Notes under the pieces: model-generated
Seen by the model: the letters and a program-made list of their open reading frames with translations, nothing else
The model's database searches: none
Told to the model about the DNA's origin: nothing
NCBI GenBank assembly: GCA_951406725.2
Contig: OX597823.1
Coordinates: 72,416,001 to 72,480,000 of the forward strand
From: Octopus vulgaris
Lineage: Eukaryota
Direction of reading: 5' to 3'
Length of the DNA stretch: 64,000 nucleotides
Translations under genes and position numbers: made by a program
Shown: one piece after another, positions 27,125-39,900 of the stretch
Layout: the number at the start of each line of letters is the position of its first letter
Position numbering within the stretch: the first letter of the stretch is position 1

Positions 27125-27467
27125 AAGGGGGGGAGTCGCAGCCTCTTTAGTACGCCGGGAAAATACTCATCGGCATTTCGTCCATCTTCATGTTCTGAGT
27201 TCAAATTCTGCCAAGGTCGGCTTTGCCTTTCATCTTCTCGGGGGTCGACAAAATAATTACAAGCTGAGTACTGGCGTCCGTGTAATCGAAATATCCCCTC
27301 CTCTGCAATTACTTAGCTTGTGCCAAAATTTGAAGCTAATATGTTGAACCAAAATCGTATTGTCTGATATTCTTCCTCTTTCTCAACGACTTAGTCCCAG
27401 AACCCTGGGTAAGTGTCTGCTGTTATAGCTTCGGGTCGACAAGGAGACGGAAACTGAATGAAGCCCG

Positions 27468-27516
<49 letters not shown>

Positions 27517-27790
27517 CATATATATATATATTATATGTGTGTATATATATATATGTGTATATAGATTTGTGTCTTTATGTCTGTGTCAGTCTCTCGCCAA
27601 TGATTGACAACTGGTTTTGGTGCGTTTGCGTCCTCGTAACTTGAGGTTTGGCAAACAAGACCGATAGAATAAGTACCACGCTTTTAAAAAGTAAGTACTA
27701 GAGTCGATTCGTTCCACTAAAATTCCTCAAGTTGATGCTCTAGCATGGCCGCAGTCTAACGCCTGAAACAAATAAAAGATAAATGAAGAC
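27125..27790 (+). mobile_element. Two adjacent degenerate SINE pieces
   Basis: ttctgagttcaaattctgccaaggtcggctttgcc (about 27193) and gaccgatagaataagtacc..agcatggccgcagt (27660-27756). Confidence 0.65.
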
Positions 27791-29826
27791 GATGCACTTC
27801 GAACTTGCAGCATAATACGTATAAACTCAACATATAGTGCGTTTGAGATTATCTAAATCACTTATATCTATTGAGATATCCATTATTAAACATCAGTATG
27901 TCTAAAAGGCGGCTGCTATAAACGAAAGACAAGTTGTTGGTATATTCTTGATATACCAACTATGACATTGTTGCCAAAGTTTAAAATATCAAACATTTTA
28001 TCGACCGTGAAGTAATTATTTGAATACATTTATTAGATCAGTCTGTTAAATATTATCTGATATAAAATACGATAAGAGGCTATGATACTATATTAAAACA
28101 GTAAAGTATCATATGCTGACAGCATTGAATGATGGATCATTAAAAAGCTGGTTTACTTAGTCATAGAAAGAAACATAAATCTTATACATATAAAGACAAA
28201 ATATCGTATAACCTTAGACACGTCATTCTATGATGCATACAGCAAGATAAATTAATTTCTGTAATTCTTAATTGTACTAAATCATGTAGAATATAACGTG
28301 GTGTCTCAAGCTTAATGCCTATCAAGAATTTAAAATTAGAAATCAATTACCAACAGAGGGATAAACTGTAATAGAGAAGAAAGAGAATAGTGTTATACAA
28401 CATTATTTGAACTAGGTATAGAAAGCAAGTTGTGAGTTTGATTCTTGGACTTACATACCTCTGTTTTTACAATGTAATTTGTTTTTCTAATCAACCAGCC
28501 ATTGTTTATATAATAAATGTTTCCGTAGTTACAGACACCAGTTACGTGCTGGACAACATCTTGCGATTATACATTGCTATTATCGATTTCTTTATTAAGC
28601 TTCATACCATAAATCATTAGAGAGATTTCCGTCGTTAAATCACCTGTATCGGTATAAGGTGAAATCTATTTAGAAAACGCCGAAGCCATTTCTTATTGGA
28701 ACAGTCATGATGTATCTATTATTTCCTTTACTCAAATAATTCTTTTAGAAAACATTAAACGGATTTTCCTTTGCGAATCAATTTGTGATCACTTTACATC
28801 GACTTTCTATGCTTTGTAGACAAATGTTTCCAACGCTTCTAACAAAATTAACCCAGTATGGCAATAGACGAATTTCTTCTAGAAACAAACGCGTTTTTAC
28901 AAACCAAGAGCTGCGTGATTTATTCTTGTCGAGAAAGGCACGGTAAGTATTTTGACTGCTTCTCTCCTCTCTTTCTCTGCCTCTCTTTCTACAGACATAA
29001 AAATTTAGGCGATATATATATGTGTGTATGGGTGTGTGTGTGTGTGTGTATGTGCGTGTGTGTGTGTGTGTGTGTGTGTGCATACATGTGCGCATGTGTA
29101 TATGTACATGTGAAGACACATAGTGAGCAGAATACGTGAGGTTTTCATCAACTCATAGACGTAAAATCCTGATTTCTACACGCTTTGAGTAGCATGCGTA
29201 TAAAACACACTCAAGCAAAGTCAGGATGCTACTGGAATAATATGATCGCATTCTTGGGCATGTTCAGTGCATTATACAGGGTACAAAATAGTTTAGATAG
29301 TTGAAAATTCCTTATTAGGTAGTCTTCACAGTGTCTGCAAGTAATCCCCGGTTTCTTCTTATTAGTCTAATATATCAAAATTATGTAGAATAATTTTTAC
29401 TTTTACGAGAGACTGAGATGTCATCTTCTGGAATGATTAGTGTTAGAAATAACATGTTCTATAAGATATATTTTTATATTTCCTACTATTACCATCCTTT
29501 AAACTCCAGATATATTTTGGAAAGTGAAGTTGTAAGGGGTATTTCTCATTGTCCCCAATGTATAACCGTATGAGAAAAGTATTTTAACTCAACCCAAATA
29601 ATCGTTTTGTTTCCCTCCTTATCTATAACGTTTATCTCATCACGAAACGTTACTGCTTTTGAAGACCATTGCGATGAGATTGCAGTTAATAATATTGCTG
29701 AATGGCACAAATCTTTGTGAGCTTACACCGAAAACGTTTCTTCTGTTCACACACGAAGCAAAGAATATTTTAGTGCAGACCTATTTCATTGAACATCGTC
29801 AACATTCACTGTGGAAGTTACTTATA

Positions 29827-29898
<72 letters not shown>

Positions 29899-30288
29899 TA
29901 GCTGAAATGGTTACAAACTTTTAAGTAGATGGTTGGTTACACTATACATATATAGTTTTCTGTTTTAACATCCATGTTATTCGGGATGTAATGTAATTAT
30001 ATTTCAAGCGTTTGTCTTTTTAAACATCAGTGTAATAATGAGAAGTAGAAGTGTATTATCCTTCGTTAAATGATAATCTGAACGTGCGCTTACTGAACTT
30101 GTAAAGAATATTGGCGAAGGTTGGAATCTATATCATTATATTTCAATATACTGCAATTTCACGTTAGTTTCACACTGATATTTTATTTATTAGTACCAAA
30201 ATGCAGTGTTGTAAACTCAGAAATGAACTCTGCTTAGATTTGATTTCGTTGTCACTCAGAACGTTATATCTTTGAAAATATTTGTTAC

Positions 30289-30505
30289 CATCTTCCAGAC
30301 ATAATATCCATTGTTTGGCTATTGGTACGTCGCCAAATCATTATTCCATCACCTCGGCACAGATCCAAATCTGCAGGATGAGGTTGTTCTAAAGTATCAC
30401 GCGATTGTACAACATATTCCTTCATGAGCTTCAGACCTGTCATAGGATCTCTTGGATCATCATACAAATTCACGAGAGACGAATAATTGAAATCAGCAAG
30501 CATTC
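30289..30505 (-). CDS. Candidate isolated coding exon, product unknown
   Basis: Non-repetitive 72-aa ORF (MLADFNYSSLVNLYDDPRDP..DLDLCRGDGIMIWRR..SGRW) ending at a GT donor (TG|gtaaca), with a weak upstream acceptor (ctaag|). Confidence 0.3.
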
Positions 30506-32162
30506 CTTAGCGTGTATCATAAAAGGAATATCTGATTTATTGATTAGGATACTATAGATTCAAAAGATTTGACAAATAGAAAACTAAAGTAACAAAGTGA
30601 AAAATATACAAATGCATAGTTGCAATTTTCAGAACAAAATATCCAAGTTGGTGAATTCTTTCAGAAAATATTAAGTTTAATTATCAAGTTGTTTTCACTT
30701 ACGAATTGTTTACATTACATCATTCCTCTGATAAATACAGTGACCTTATTTTGAAATGCATATAATTTTGAATGAAATACAACCATTTACCCATCGACAC
30801 TTAAACTTTATAAATTATATCTGCTTGTCTTGCTCATTTGTGCTTTATACAAAAGATTCTAAAGATATGAAAATTGACGTACTTTCTCACATAAAAATAT
30901 ATGAAAAATACACTGTCTCTGAGTACTAGCGATTAAATAACGAATGTATTCCTCGTTTTGAAAGGCTTTTGGTAACCAATGAAATATCTTTGTATTTTTA
31001 GCTATTTTCGCTTATATATATTTAAACTTTTTCAGTACTTCAAAGCTTTTTATAACCTATTTCTTAATGACGATGAGAAAATTAGTTACGATTCAAAGGT
31101 CTTCAGGTACAAACAATGTATGCACACTATGTTTCATATATTGACTCATTCCTTCGTTTTTAATAATATACATTCACTACTAATCTATACATACATGTGC
31201 GCACACACAAACACACCGACACATATATGCTTACATGTATGTCTCTGTGCGTTTGATTATATGTTTAAGCGTGTACAGGTGCGTGAAAGTTTGCATGTGT
31301 GAGCATGTATGTAGTCAATAGTGTGTATGTAATAGATATTAATTAACAATTCCCGCTGCTGAATATTAATATATTATGTTGCATAAGCATCATGAATTTA
31401 TAATTACATATATTAGAAAAAATATGAATTCCTGTGGTTTGGTCTGAAACTTGCTATGTCGTCTGTTTCAGTGTCACTCAGCTTTCAGATAATGGGAACA
31501 AAAATACCTGCAGATTTGTTATGAAAAGAAAAAGTAATCATAATGTAAAAAGTCGTCTCCTTGTTCCTGTCGTATTATATTAATCAATTATAAAGTAGAC
31601 ACAGCGACTTATTTCAATAATTCTGTCATGCATAAGTTTTTCTTTTCCCATTATATCTGCAGAATACAGAATATAAATGTAGATATATTAAGACTAGTAC
31701 GTATTTGTATGAGGGGTTATAGATAACCAGTTTGAAGTTGTTTAATTTGTCACCTAATATAACAGTCTTAAATAGAGAAACTGGGAACAACTAACTGCAT
31801 TATCATTTACGGAGAAAAGGTATGCAATTTTATTCGAGGACTATTTCAGAACAGATCATGAAATTTAGTAGAAGCTGTTCTTTTTGTTTAACCCTGGACC
31901 AGCTCTAATCGACTAAGAGTATGATAAAACAAAATGACTATACCACAAAAGAAATTTTATACCAAAATTCTCATAAAAAAGAAGGATGCCATATTAGAAT
32001 CCAAGCAATGGGCAAACTTGTTTTATGACAACGAAAGTCGTACTGAACGCACACAACAGCCAACTACAGCATTCAAACCTACGGAACGTCATCCACAAAT
32101 GAAAAACATCTACGGTATAGGTCTGTATATATAGAAAGCGCGGACATCTGCGACATTCTATG

Positions 32163-32224
<62 letters not shown>

Positions 32225-33130
32225 ATATATATGCATATTGACTATGTGTATATTCCGTATATATATTTAGTCACGCGTTTCCTACATAGTATATACAGAG
32301 AGAGAGAGAGAGAGAGACAGAGACAGAGAGAGAGACAGAGAGACAGACAGACAGAGACAGAGAGACACCCACCGTCTCCCATATATAACGTAGATACGAT
32401 TAAAATGCATTTGCCTTGAGTTGTATATATATGTGTAATTCTATATCTATGCATGTTTATATGTCAATATATTTACACACTTTCATAAAACGCAATTTAT
32501 TATGAAATTGGGATATTCCAAAGACTTTACTTTCCTTAGGGGTTTTTACAAGCCCTTTTCTTTATTTTTTCGATAGTTCTAACTCAATAAACATATTCCT
32601 ATTTAATGTAAGAAAACTACACCTGAAGATTCTACTGCTTCTCCCCTGTTTGATACAACCCTTGTTTTCCATTTTAGAATGTATGCTTGCCACTTTCAAA
32701 GTCTAAGGATGTACTTCTTTGTAGCAGTATGCAAAGCAGTGCTTCGAATCTAGATAAACTTTGAGAACACATTAATTCAAAGGAATTGAATTTATTAATC
32801 AATATTATTACCTAGCGAAAGTCACAAACTTGCTGGAATATTTAATTTCAATTACGAAGAAGATTTAAATACTTAATACTTTCCACATCGATTGGCAAAA
32901 CGTAAAGTATAATCTATAATCAAGATATAGTCACATATATATACTCGTACTTTTCCTCTGAAAAAGTAGCTGCGTATAATTCAATTCATTATTATTTAGG
33001 GCAAATGTCATTCATATTTAATACTAATCTAAGATATATGTACAGTAACTTCCCCATTTTTTGTCTTGGGTGAATCTACTCTAGCGTTCATTATTTTAAT
33101 TATATCAGCAGCAATTTACTGGTTTGCTCA

Positions 33131-33347
33131 TTTCATCGTTATATGTAGCTTGCACAAAATATTTTGTTGTTATTATGACAAACTATCGTACGTCAAATTT
33201 GGCCAACTGGGCTCTTTACAATATTAATTTTTGCTTCCAATAGCCAGTTTCTTATGGTCAAACTAGCGTATCTACAGCTGCTTCTGATGCCAGGATATCA
33301 ATAATTGTCAAAGTGTAGTAGAACGGTTTTGCTATGGAATGATGAAA
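33131..33347 (+). other. Imperfect G.U-rich inverted repeat (hairpin 5)
   Basis: tttcatcgtt/aatgatgaaa, ttttgttgt/gtagtagaa, tgacaa/ttgtca, tttggcca/tggtcaaa, aactgg/ccagtt. Confidence 0.55.
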
Positions 33348-33744
33348 CTATTTTTTCATTTTCTGAAAAAGCAACATTTTGGACTTACGGTACTTCTACA
33401 TAAAAGCATCGATATACTATGGTGTTTTTATTTTTGTACGTTCCTAATTAGTAAGATAAGCGATTATTAATGCAACTATTCAACTACTCAGCATAGTAAA
33501 ACAGTATCAGGGTGAATACCTGTATATGTCGAAAGCTTGAAACAGAAAATATTATGAACATGATATGAAACTGAATTTGTCTGTGATACGTAATGAAAAG
33601 TTAGGGACAGGACGTCGCTGTACTAATACTTCGACTTCGATATTTCAGATTCGAATCAAATCAGTTTTGACTTCCATGTCTTTCGCAAGTGCAGTAATGC
33701 CAACGCATCACATTTCCTTAATAAATTTGCTTCTGGAATTTTAT

Positions 33745-34130
33745 CTTTTACTTGTGTCAATCATTGACAGCATCTATGCAGGGGCAGTGCCTTGAAGGGC
33801 TTAAGTGAATGAAACAACCTCGTTTTTAATTCTTGAGTTTAGTACTTACTCTCCTGGTCACTTTTGTGTTACCTGGGTGTAAAGAAATCAACACAGGTTG
33901 TTAAGCAGCAGTGGCAGACAAACATAACACCAACACAAACACACACACACACATATACATACAACCTGATTCTTCACATTTTCCGTCAACCAAATCCACT
34001 TGGGTGGCTTTAGTCGGCCCATGCCTATACTAAATGACACTTACCCAAAGCGCCGCGCAGCGGGACTGGACTGAATACCAATCACTTCGTTACAAAGCGA
34101 ATATTCTAATCATGCAACCATGCCTGTGCA
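33745..34130 (-). mobile_element. Degenerate SINE, minus strand
   Basis: caggttgttaagcagcagtgg, ttccgtcaaccaaatccact, gacacttacccaaagcgccgcgcagcgggactg. Confidence 0.6.
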
Positions 34131-34281
34131 TATTGATAAAAAAATGATCTCAAAACATCTTGGCCTCTCACATGTTTCTGATCTAAAACTCACCATTGCT
34201 CTACATGCAAGTTAAACGTCGAATCACGGAGAGAAATATATAATCAGTATTTTATGGCCTTCGTATTTATTGTTGAAAATA

Positions 34282-34847
34282 TTGGGCTGTCCGGAAAGTT
34301 CATGCTGATTTATAGTAGCTTACCTTTCGACTTATTTTAGAACATGGTTGAGTCCATAAAATAGGATTTGACTACACCTCCATTTAGAGCACAGTTTAAG
34401 CTATCTTTTCGTAGAAGAAGGTTTATATTCCTATAACCTGTGTTAATTCTGTAACCCTTTAAAATGGAAGATAAGAAAGTTCATTTTCATCACTTGATGT
34501 TTTGAGAACCAGACAAAAATTGCTGTGGCTCGGCTGGGATGTGTTACCTCACACTTCATATTCACCAGATATTGCTCCTTCGGATTTCCACTTATTCAGG
34601 TCTCTGCAGAATAATCTTAAGGGTAAACATTTTAATTCCTTGGAGACGTAAAAAGATACCATGATGAATTTTTTGCCATGAAACCATCTCAATTCTGGGA
34701 AGGGGGTATTTTCAAGTTAAAGGAAATATGGTGACACATTATGCAACAAAATGTTTCATATTTGGTTGATTAAAATCGTAATGGCAAGTATTTATTGACC
34801 TTTCTTCTCTCCTTTAAAAATCGGCAAGAACTTTCCGGACAACCCAA
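34282..34847 (+). mobile_element. Internally deleted mariner element
   Basis: TIRs ttgggctgtccggaaagttc / gaactttccggacaacccaa, TA on both sides; transposase remnant GWDVLPHTSYSPDIAPSDFHLFRSLQNNL. Confidence 0.92.
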
Positions 34848-35389
34848 TACTATACTTTTTTCTCATGTTCATTTAGAGCTAATCAGTAGAAGTAGAAGAG
34901 AAAACCGAAGCAAGTGTATTTTCTGCTGATATACTTATCTCTTATTATAAAAGGCAGATTTTATCTGCCTCCCTTTGGGAGTTAGACAAATCTACAATAT
35001 AGGATTTCTTCAATTACAATTTACCTAGCATTTTTAAGAGTACAAGGCATCGCGTCATGCCAGGTCCAGTTTTCAAAATTTAAACTCCAATTAAGCAAAA
35101 TTTACAGAAAACTCACATTCTGGTGTGTGTGTCAAATGTTTTTCTTAATGTGGTTTACACCACACGCAAACGCACACACACACAAAGGGAGCGAATTGTT
35201 TCACTGACGCTATCACCCTTCTCCTTCTTTGTCTTTGCAAGTTGGCAGCTATTAAAGTGAAAACAGTGAATCCGACAGCGATAAAGAAAACGAATCTCTA
35301 CCTGAATGGAGTGAAAATTTAAAAACTGTTTCTTTCGGTGAGTTTTCTGAAGAAACTGGACCAAGCCACAGACTTTCCCAGAAGAGTAA

Positions 35390-35560
35390 AGCCTTAGACT
35401 ATTTCTATTTACTTTTTCGAATGAGCCTATTTGAAATCATTACGCTAAACGTAAACAAACCGAAAGAAACGATAGTTTATTATTTCCCACAACCTTAAAT
35501 GAAATTAAGGCCTATTTTGCCATAAATATTATTATGGGTATCAGAAAGTTACCCAGAATA
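35390..35560 (+). pseudogene. piggyBac-like transposase N-terminal fragment
   Basis: LDYFYLLF..LFEII and PTTLNEIKAYFAINIIMGIRKLPRI match piggyBac/PGBD (DDE_Tnp_1_7) N-terminal motifs. Confidence 0.7.
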
Positions 35561-36841
35561 ACAAATTCTATCGTAAAATTTTGTTGTATACCCAATTGAA
35601 TTTTAGCTAATAACCCATTTTCTATAGCGATGTTTGAACAAAATTTTAATAATTTTACAGAAAGTTACCCAGAATAACAAATTCTATCGTAAAATTTTGT
35701 TGTATACCCAATTGAATATTAGCTAATAACCCATTTTCTATAGCGATGTTTGAACAAAATTTTAATAATTTTACAGAAAGTTACCCAGAATAACAAATTC
35801 TATTGTAAAATTTTGTTGTATACCCAATTGAATATTAGCTAATAACCCATTTTCTATAGCGATGTTTGAACAAAATTTTAATAATTTTACAGAAAGTTAC
35901 CCAGAATAACAAATTCTATCGTAAAATTTTGTTGTATACCCAATTGAATATGAGCTAATAACCCATTTTCTATAGCGATGTTTGAACAAAAGTTTAATAA
36001 TTTTACAGAAAGTTACCCAGAATAACAACTTCTATCGTAAAATTTTGTTGTATACCCAATTAAATATTAGCTAATAACCCATTTTCTATAGCGATGTTTG
36101 AACAAAATTTTAATAATTTTACAGAAAGTTACCCAGAATAACAAATTCTATCGTAAAATTTTGTTGTATACCCAATTGAATATTAGCTAATAACCCATTT
36201 TCTATAGCGATGTTTGAACAAAATTTTAATAATTTTACAGAAAGTTACCCAGAATAACAAATTCTATTGTAAAATTTTGTTGTATACCCAATTGAATATT
36301 AGCTAATAACCCATTTTCTATAGCGATGTTTGAACAAAATTTTAATAATTTTACAGAAAGTTACCCAGAATAACAAATTCTATCGTAAAATTTTGTTGTA
36401 TACCCAATTGAATATTAGCTAATAACCCATTTTCTATAGCGATGTTTGAACAAAATTTTAATAATTTTACAGAAAGTTACCCAGAATAACAAATTCTATT
36501 GTAAAATTTTGTTGTATACCCAATTGAATATTAGCTAATAACCCATTTTCTATAGCGATGTTTGAACAAAATTTTAATAATTTTACAGAAAGTTACCCAG
36601 AATAACAAATTCTATCGTAAAATTTTGTTGTATACCCAATTGAATATTAGCTAATAACCCATTTTCTATAGCGATGTTTGAACAAAATTTTAATAATTTT
36701 ACAGAAAGTTACCCAGAATAACAAATTCTATCGTAAAATTTTGTTGTATACCCAATTGAATATTAGCTAATAACCCTTTTTCTATAGCGATGTTTAAACA
36801 AAATTTTAATAATTTTACAGAAAGTTACCCAGAATAACAAA
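35542..36841 (+). repeat. Tandem array, 116-bp unit, 11 full copies plus a 24-bp partial
   Basis: cagaaagttacccagaataacaaa recurs at 35542, 35658, 35774 ... 36818; few substitutions between units. Confidence 0.97.
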
Positions 36842-37949
36842 CGAGCCCTTCTGGGTATTAGCGCGCGTCTACGATGAGTCTACGATTTAAAAAAAATTTA
36901 CCATCATATTTTTCCATTTTAATGCATTGTTTTCGCTTTTATATAAGGGAAGTAACTCTCTAAAAATATCTACGATGTGTCAACGATTTAAAAAAAAATT
37001 TACCTTAATTTTTTTTCAATTTTTAATGCATTTTTTTGCTATTTTTTGGCTATAACTCTCTAAAAATGCTTATATAGTTATTTCCCTTACAACCCGAGCA
37101 ACGCCGGGCGATACTGCTAGTTTATTAATATTCCTTTCGCGTAAATGCATGTCACTTATTCATTTTGTTTCAAACATGTCTGTAATTAAAATACGATAAG
37201 TGACATTCCCGTTATCAAAAATATATTGTTCTTATTTACCTGGCAATCAAATATTGTTTTATACATAATGTAAACAGCACTATAATATAATGTATCACCC
37301 AATTTTTAGACAACAGTGTGTAAGGCTAGGGAAATTATACTGATATTTCTAGCATGCACAGTTATCGTAATAATTACTTTATAACTCGTGAATTATATTT
37401 GTGATAATTAAGGAAGCATTCCTTATGCTTTAACCAGAAGATTTGTTCTCGCAATTTGAGGCAAAAGAAAACAAACTCACTTATACACGTCATAAATTCT
37501 ATTCGATGCTTGATGAAAATGAACCTGGATGCGAAAAATTATTTCAGCTAGAAAAATATTGATGATACTGATTTGATTATGTTGTCTAGCCATGTGGTTA
37601 AAAAACGACACATTATCAGCTCGGGTAATGATTATCACACTATAGCATATCTCACAACATTGTAATAAAAATAATATTTTTCTTCAGTAAAGAACCGTTA
37701 GTAAAACACACGAATATAGTTTTTAAAAGTTATGATTAAACAAAGGTATTATGATTGAAACAAAGCTAAGAATAATAGAACAAAACCTATCTGTGTTTCA
37801 CTTCCCAGCGACCAATATGTGTACCTGTAACCGGGTATACTTTTTGAAGTAAGATATTGTGGTTATGCTGGTGCACCACTATTGGTATATACAGTAATTT
37901 ATTCCATATCATTTCTCTCGGTTGGATTTCGTTCAATGAAAGTATTGAA

Positions 37950-39900
37950 CAACACTCCCTCCGCTTGAATTTTGTGGGTGATGTGGATTTATCTGGTACG
38001 TTAGTTAAAAAAATTCCTTAATCCTATTTAAAATACTTTCACATCTTCACTTCGCAAATCTCTGATATTAGCTGGCAAGGTATTGAAAAACTATAGGACC
38101 CTTCAATGTGACGTTGTTAGAGTATTGACTCCTTACTGTAGATGGAGTTCGTGAGACCGTTGGTAGTGTCTGTTTTAGCTTTCAATTCCAAAGATAAATG
38201 CTATATACAACAGGAGCATATATATATCATTTAATACATTTTACATTTTCGGTCATGGGAGGAGAGCCACAGTTTGTGTAGCTCCTTGTAGAAAATCGTT
38301 TGTTGAACTGAGAAAATCTTTTAGTGTAACAGATTTGAATTGCTTCGAGCCCCGTTGTTAGGTGAATGCTATGTAGCGACTATAATTGGAAACAATTTTC
38401 CAGGCTGAGAAGTAATGTTTCCTCCAAGACTAACGTGGTTTCTTTTTCTTATTCTGAATGGTCTCTGAATCTAACCAGACAGTCACCTGCACATTGTTGG
38501 TATTTCTGTAATATGCGCACAAGGAAATACGCCATTCATCTTCTACATTGCCCGATCATGTAATGATTGCGACCACCTAGTTTGTAATATTCTGTGGTCC
38601 TGTGTACTTTGAATGCAGTCAGTTTCTGGATTTATTGCAGAAATCTTGAAATATTTCCAGCATGTTCATCTCTTAAATTCACTTATATACTGCCTTTAGT
38701 ATTTTTTGTGGTTTTACCATAAAATTGTATTTGCTTGTGATACTTTTATATTGTGAGTAATTGAGTGTATGACTTAGGCAGTCATCTACAAATAGTAGTG
38801 GCCTCCATTCGTGTGTCGTAGAGAGCCAATTCTAAGGAAAATATTTAAGGATACCGCTCTTAATTGATGTCTTCTCGGTAATAGCACTGTTAGTTGAAAC
38901 TGCCTGACTATTGCCTTTTAAAACATACGCCTATACTTTTAGTTTTCTAACTGTTGAGTATAGAAAGTAATTTACTTCGTGATCAACTTTATCGGAAGCT
39001 TTAGCAAAGGCGAGGCATATCACATCCGCATTTAAACGATTATGGTGTAGTATCTGTCGTAGCTTTTTGTTATAGACAAAACCTGAGCTGTTTGTTAGTG
39101 AGCTAGTGATTTTCTTCTAGGACAGTGATCAGCTTCCCTTTGACAATACGTTTCTTAACTTTGCTGATATATGAAGTCTGAGAGATATGCCTATAATTAT
39201 TATCATTTGTTATGATTCCTTCTTGAAGTATGTGGCATATTATGCCTTCTTTTAAGTTATAGGAAGTACGCCGCATGCAAAGAGTATCTACAGTGGTTTT
39301 CGCAGAACCTGTTTGCATGTATTTAAACTAGTCTCTGGGTCGCCTTCATGGCATGTGGACGTGCTTGAGTTCATCGAGGGCCAAAATGACATTCTTCGCC
39401 GATTTCTTTCGATATAATCAATGGTTGGCTCTTCTCTGTGTATAGATGCGGTGTTTAATAACTTACCAGGCGTATTATTTTGCACATCTCACAGTTGGTA
39501 AGCGAACATACTTTGGAACTGCATATTTAGTATTTTATTAATCTTTCAGTGGGTCTGCATTCAGCTAATTATTTTCTTCGAACAGTGACACTATCTTGTA
39601 ACTTTTCGTAACGGATTCTGTTATAAGTTTGTAGAGAGAGTTGGGGGGTCGTTTTAATATTTCATATCATTCTGTTGTCTCTTTTTTCCATTTCTTTTCA
39701 TGAAAGTGTCTGACTTTGTTTTAGAACTCAGAAATAATTTTCATTTACTGGGTCTCTTCACTATTTAAATTTATTTATTTATTTAATTTATTCTATATTT
39801 TCCTTACTCCCCTCATAAACATTCCTCTGTCTCTGGGAATATTATTTTCGTGTGTGTAGTTCATTTTTCTTCAGGAAAAAAGCAAACATATTTTGATTTA
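37950..39900 (-). mobile_element. Heavily decayed CR1/L2-group LINE reverse transcriptase region
   Basis: Minus strand has NNYRHISQTS (NYRPISLTS), ADVICLAFAKASDKVDH (DF.KAFD.V.H, about 39029-38980) and LFVDDC (about 38795) in the correct order; boundaries approximate. Confidence 0.8.

Larger units (their letters stand above)
34938..37120 (+). mobile_element. Non-autonomous Helitron with captured piggyBac fragment and tandem array
   Basis: A|TCtcttattataaaa 5' end; 3' hairpin cccgagcaacgccggg + atactgCTAG|T; inserted between A and T with no TSD. Confidence 0.75.

Noticed and set aside
31400-31540. Minus-strand acceptor-like site (tctgcag|) near the 30289 ORF
   Set aside because: All three downstream frames close within about 12 codons and there is no good donor
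35542-36841. Regular repeat array as a possible CRISPR
   Set aside because: Units are contiguous near-identical 116-mers with no unique spacers, there are no cas genes, and the context is eukaryotic
37811-37886. Short pre-miRNA-sized stems (also 16432-16501, 21561-21604, 41494-41585, 48458-48537, 54807-54866)
   Set aside because: Short bulged stems of this quality are expected by chance in 64 kb of AT-rich DNA; they need computed z-scores
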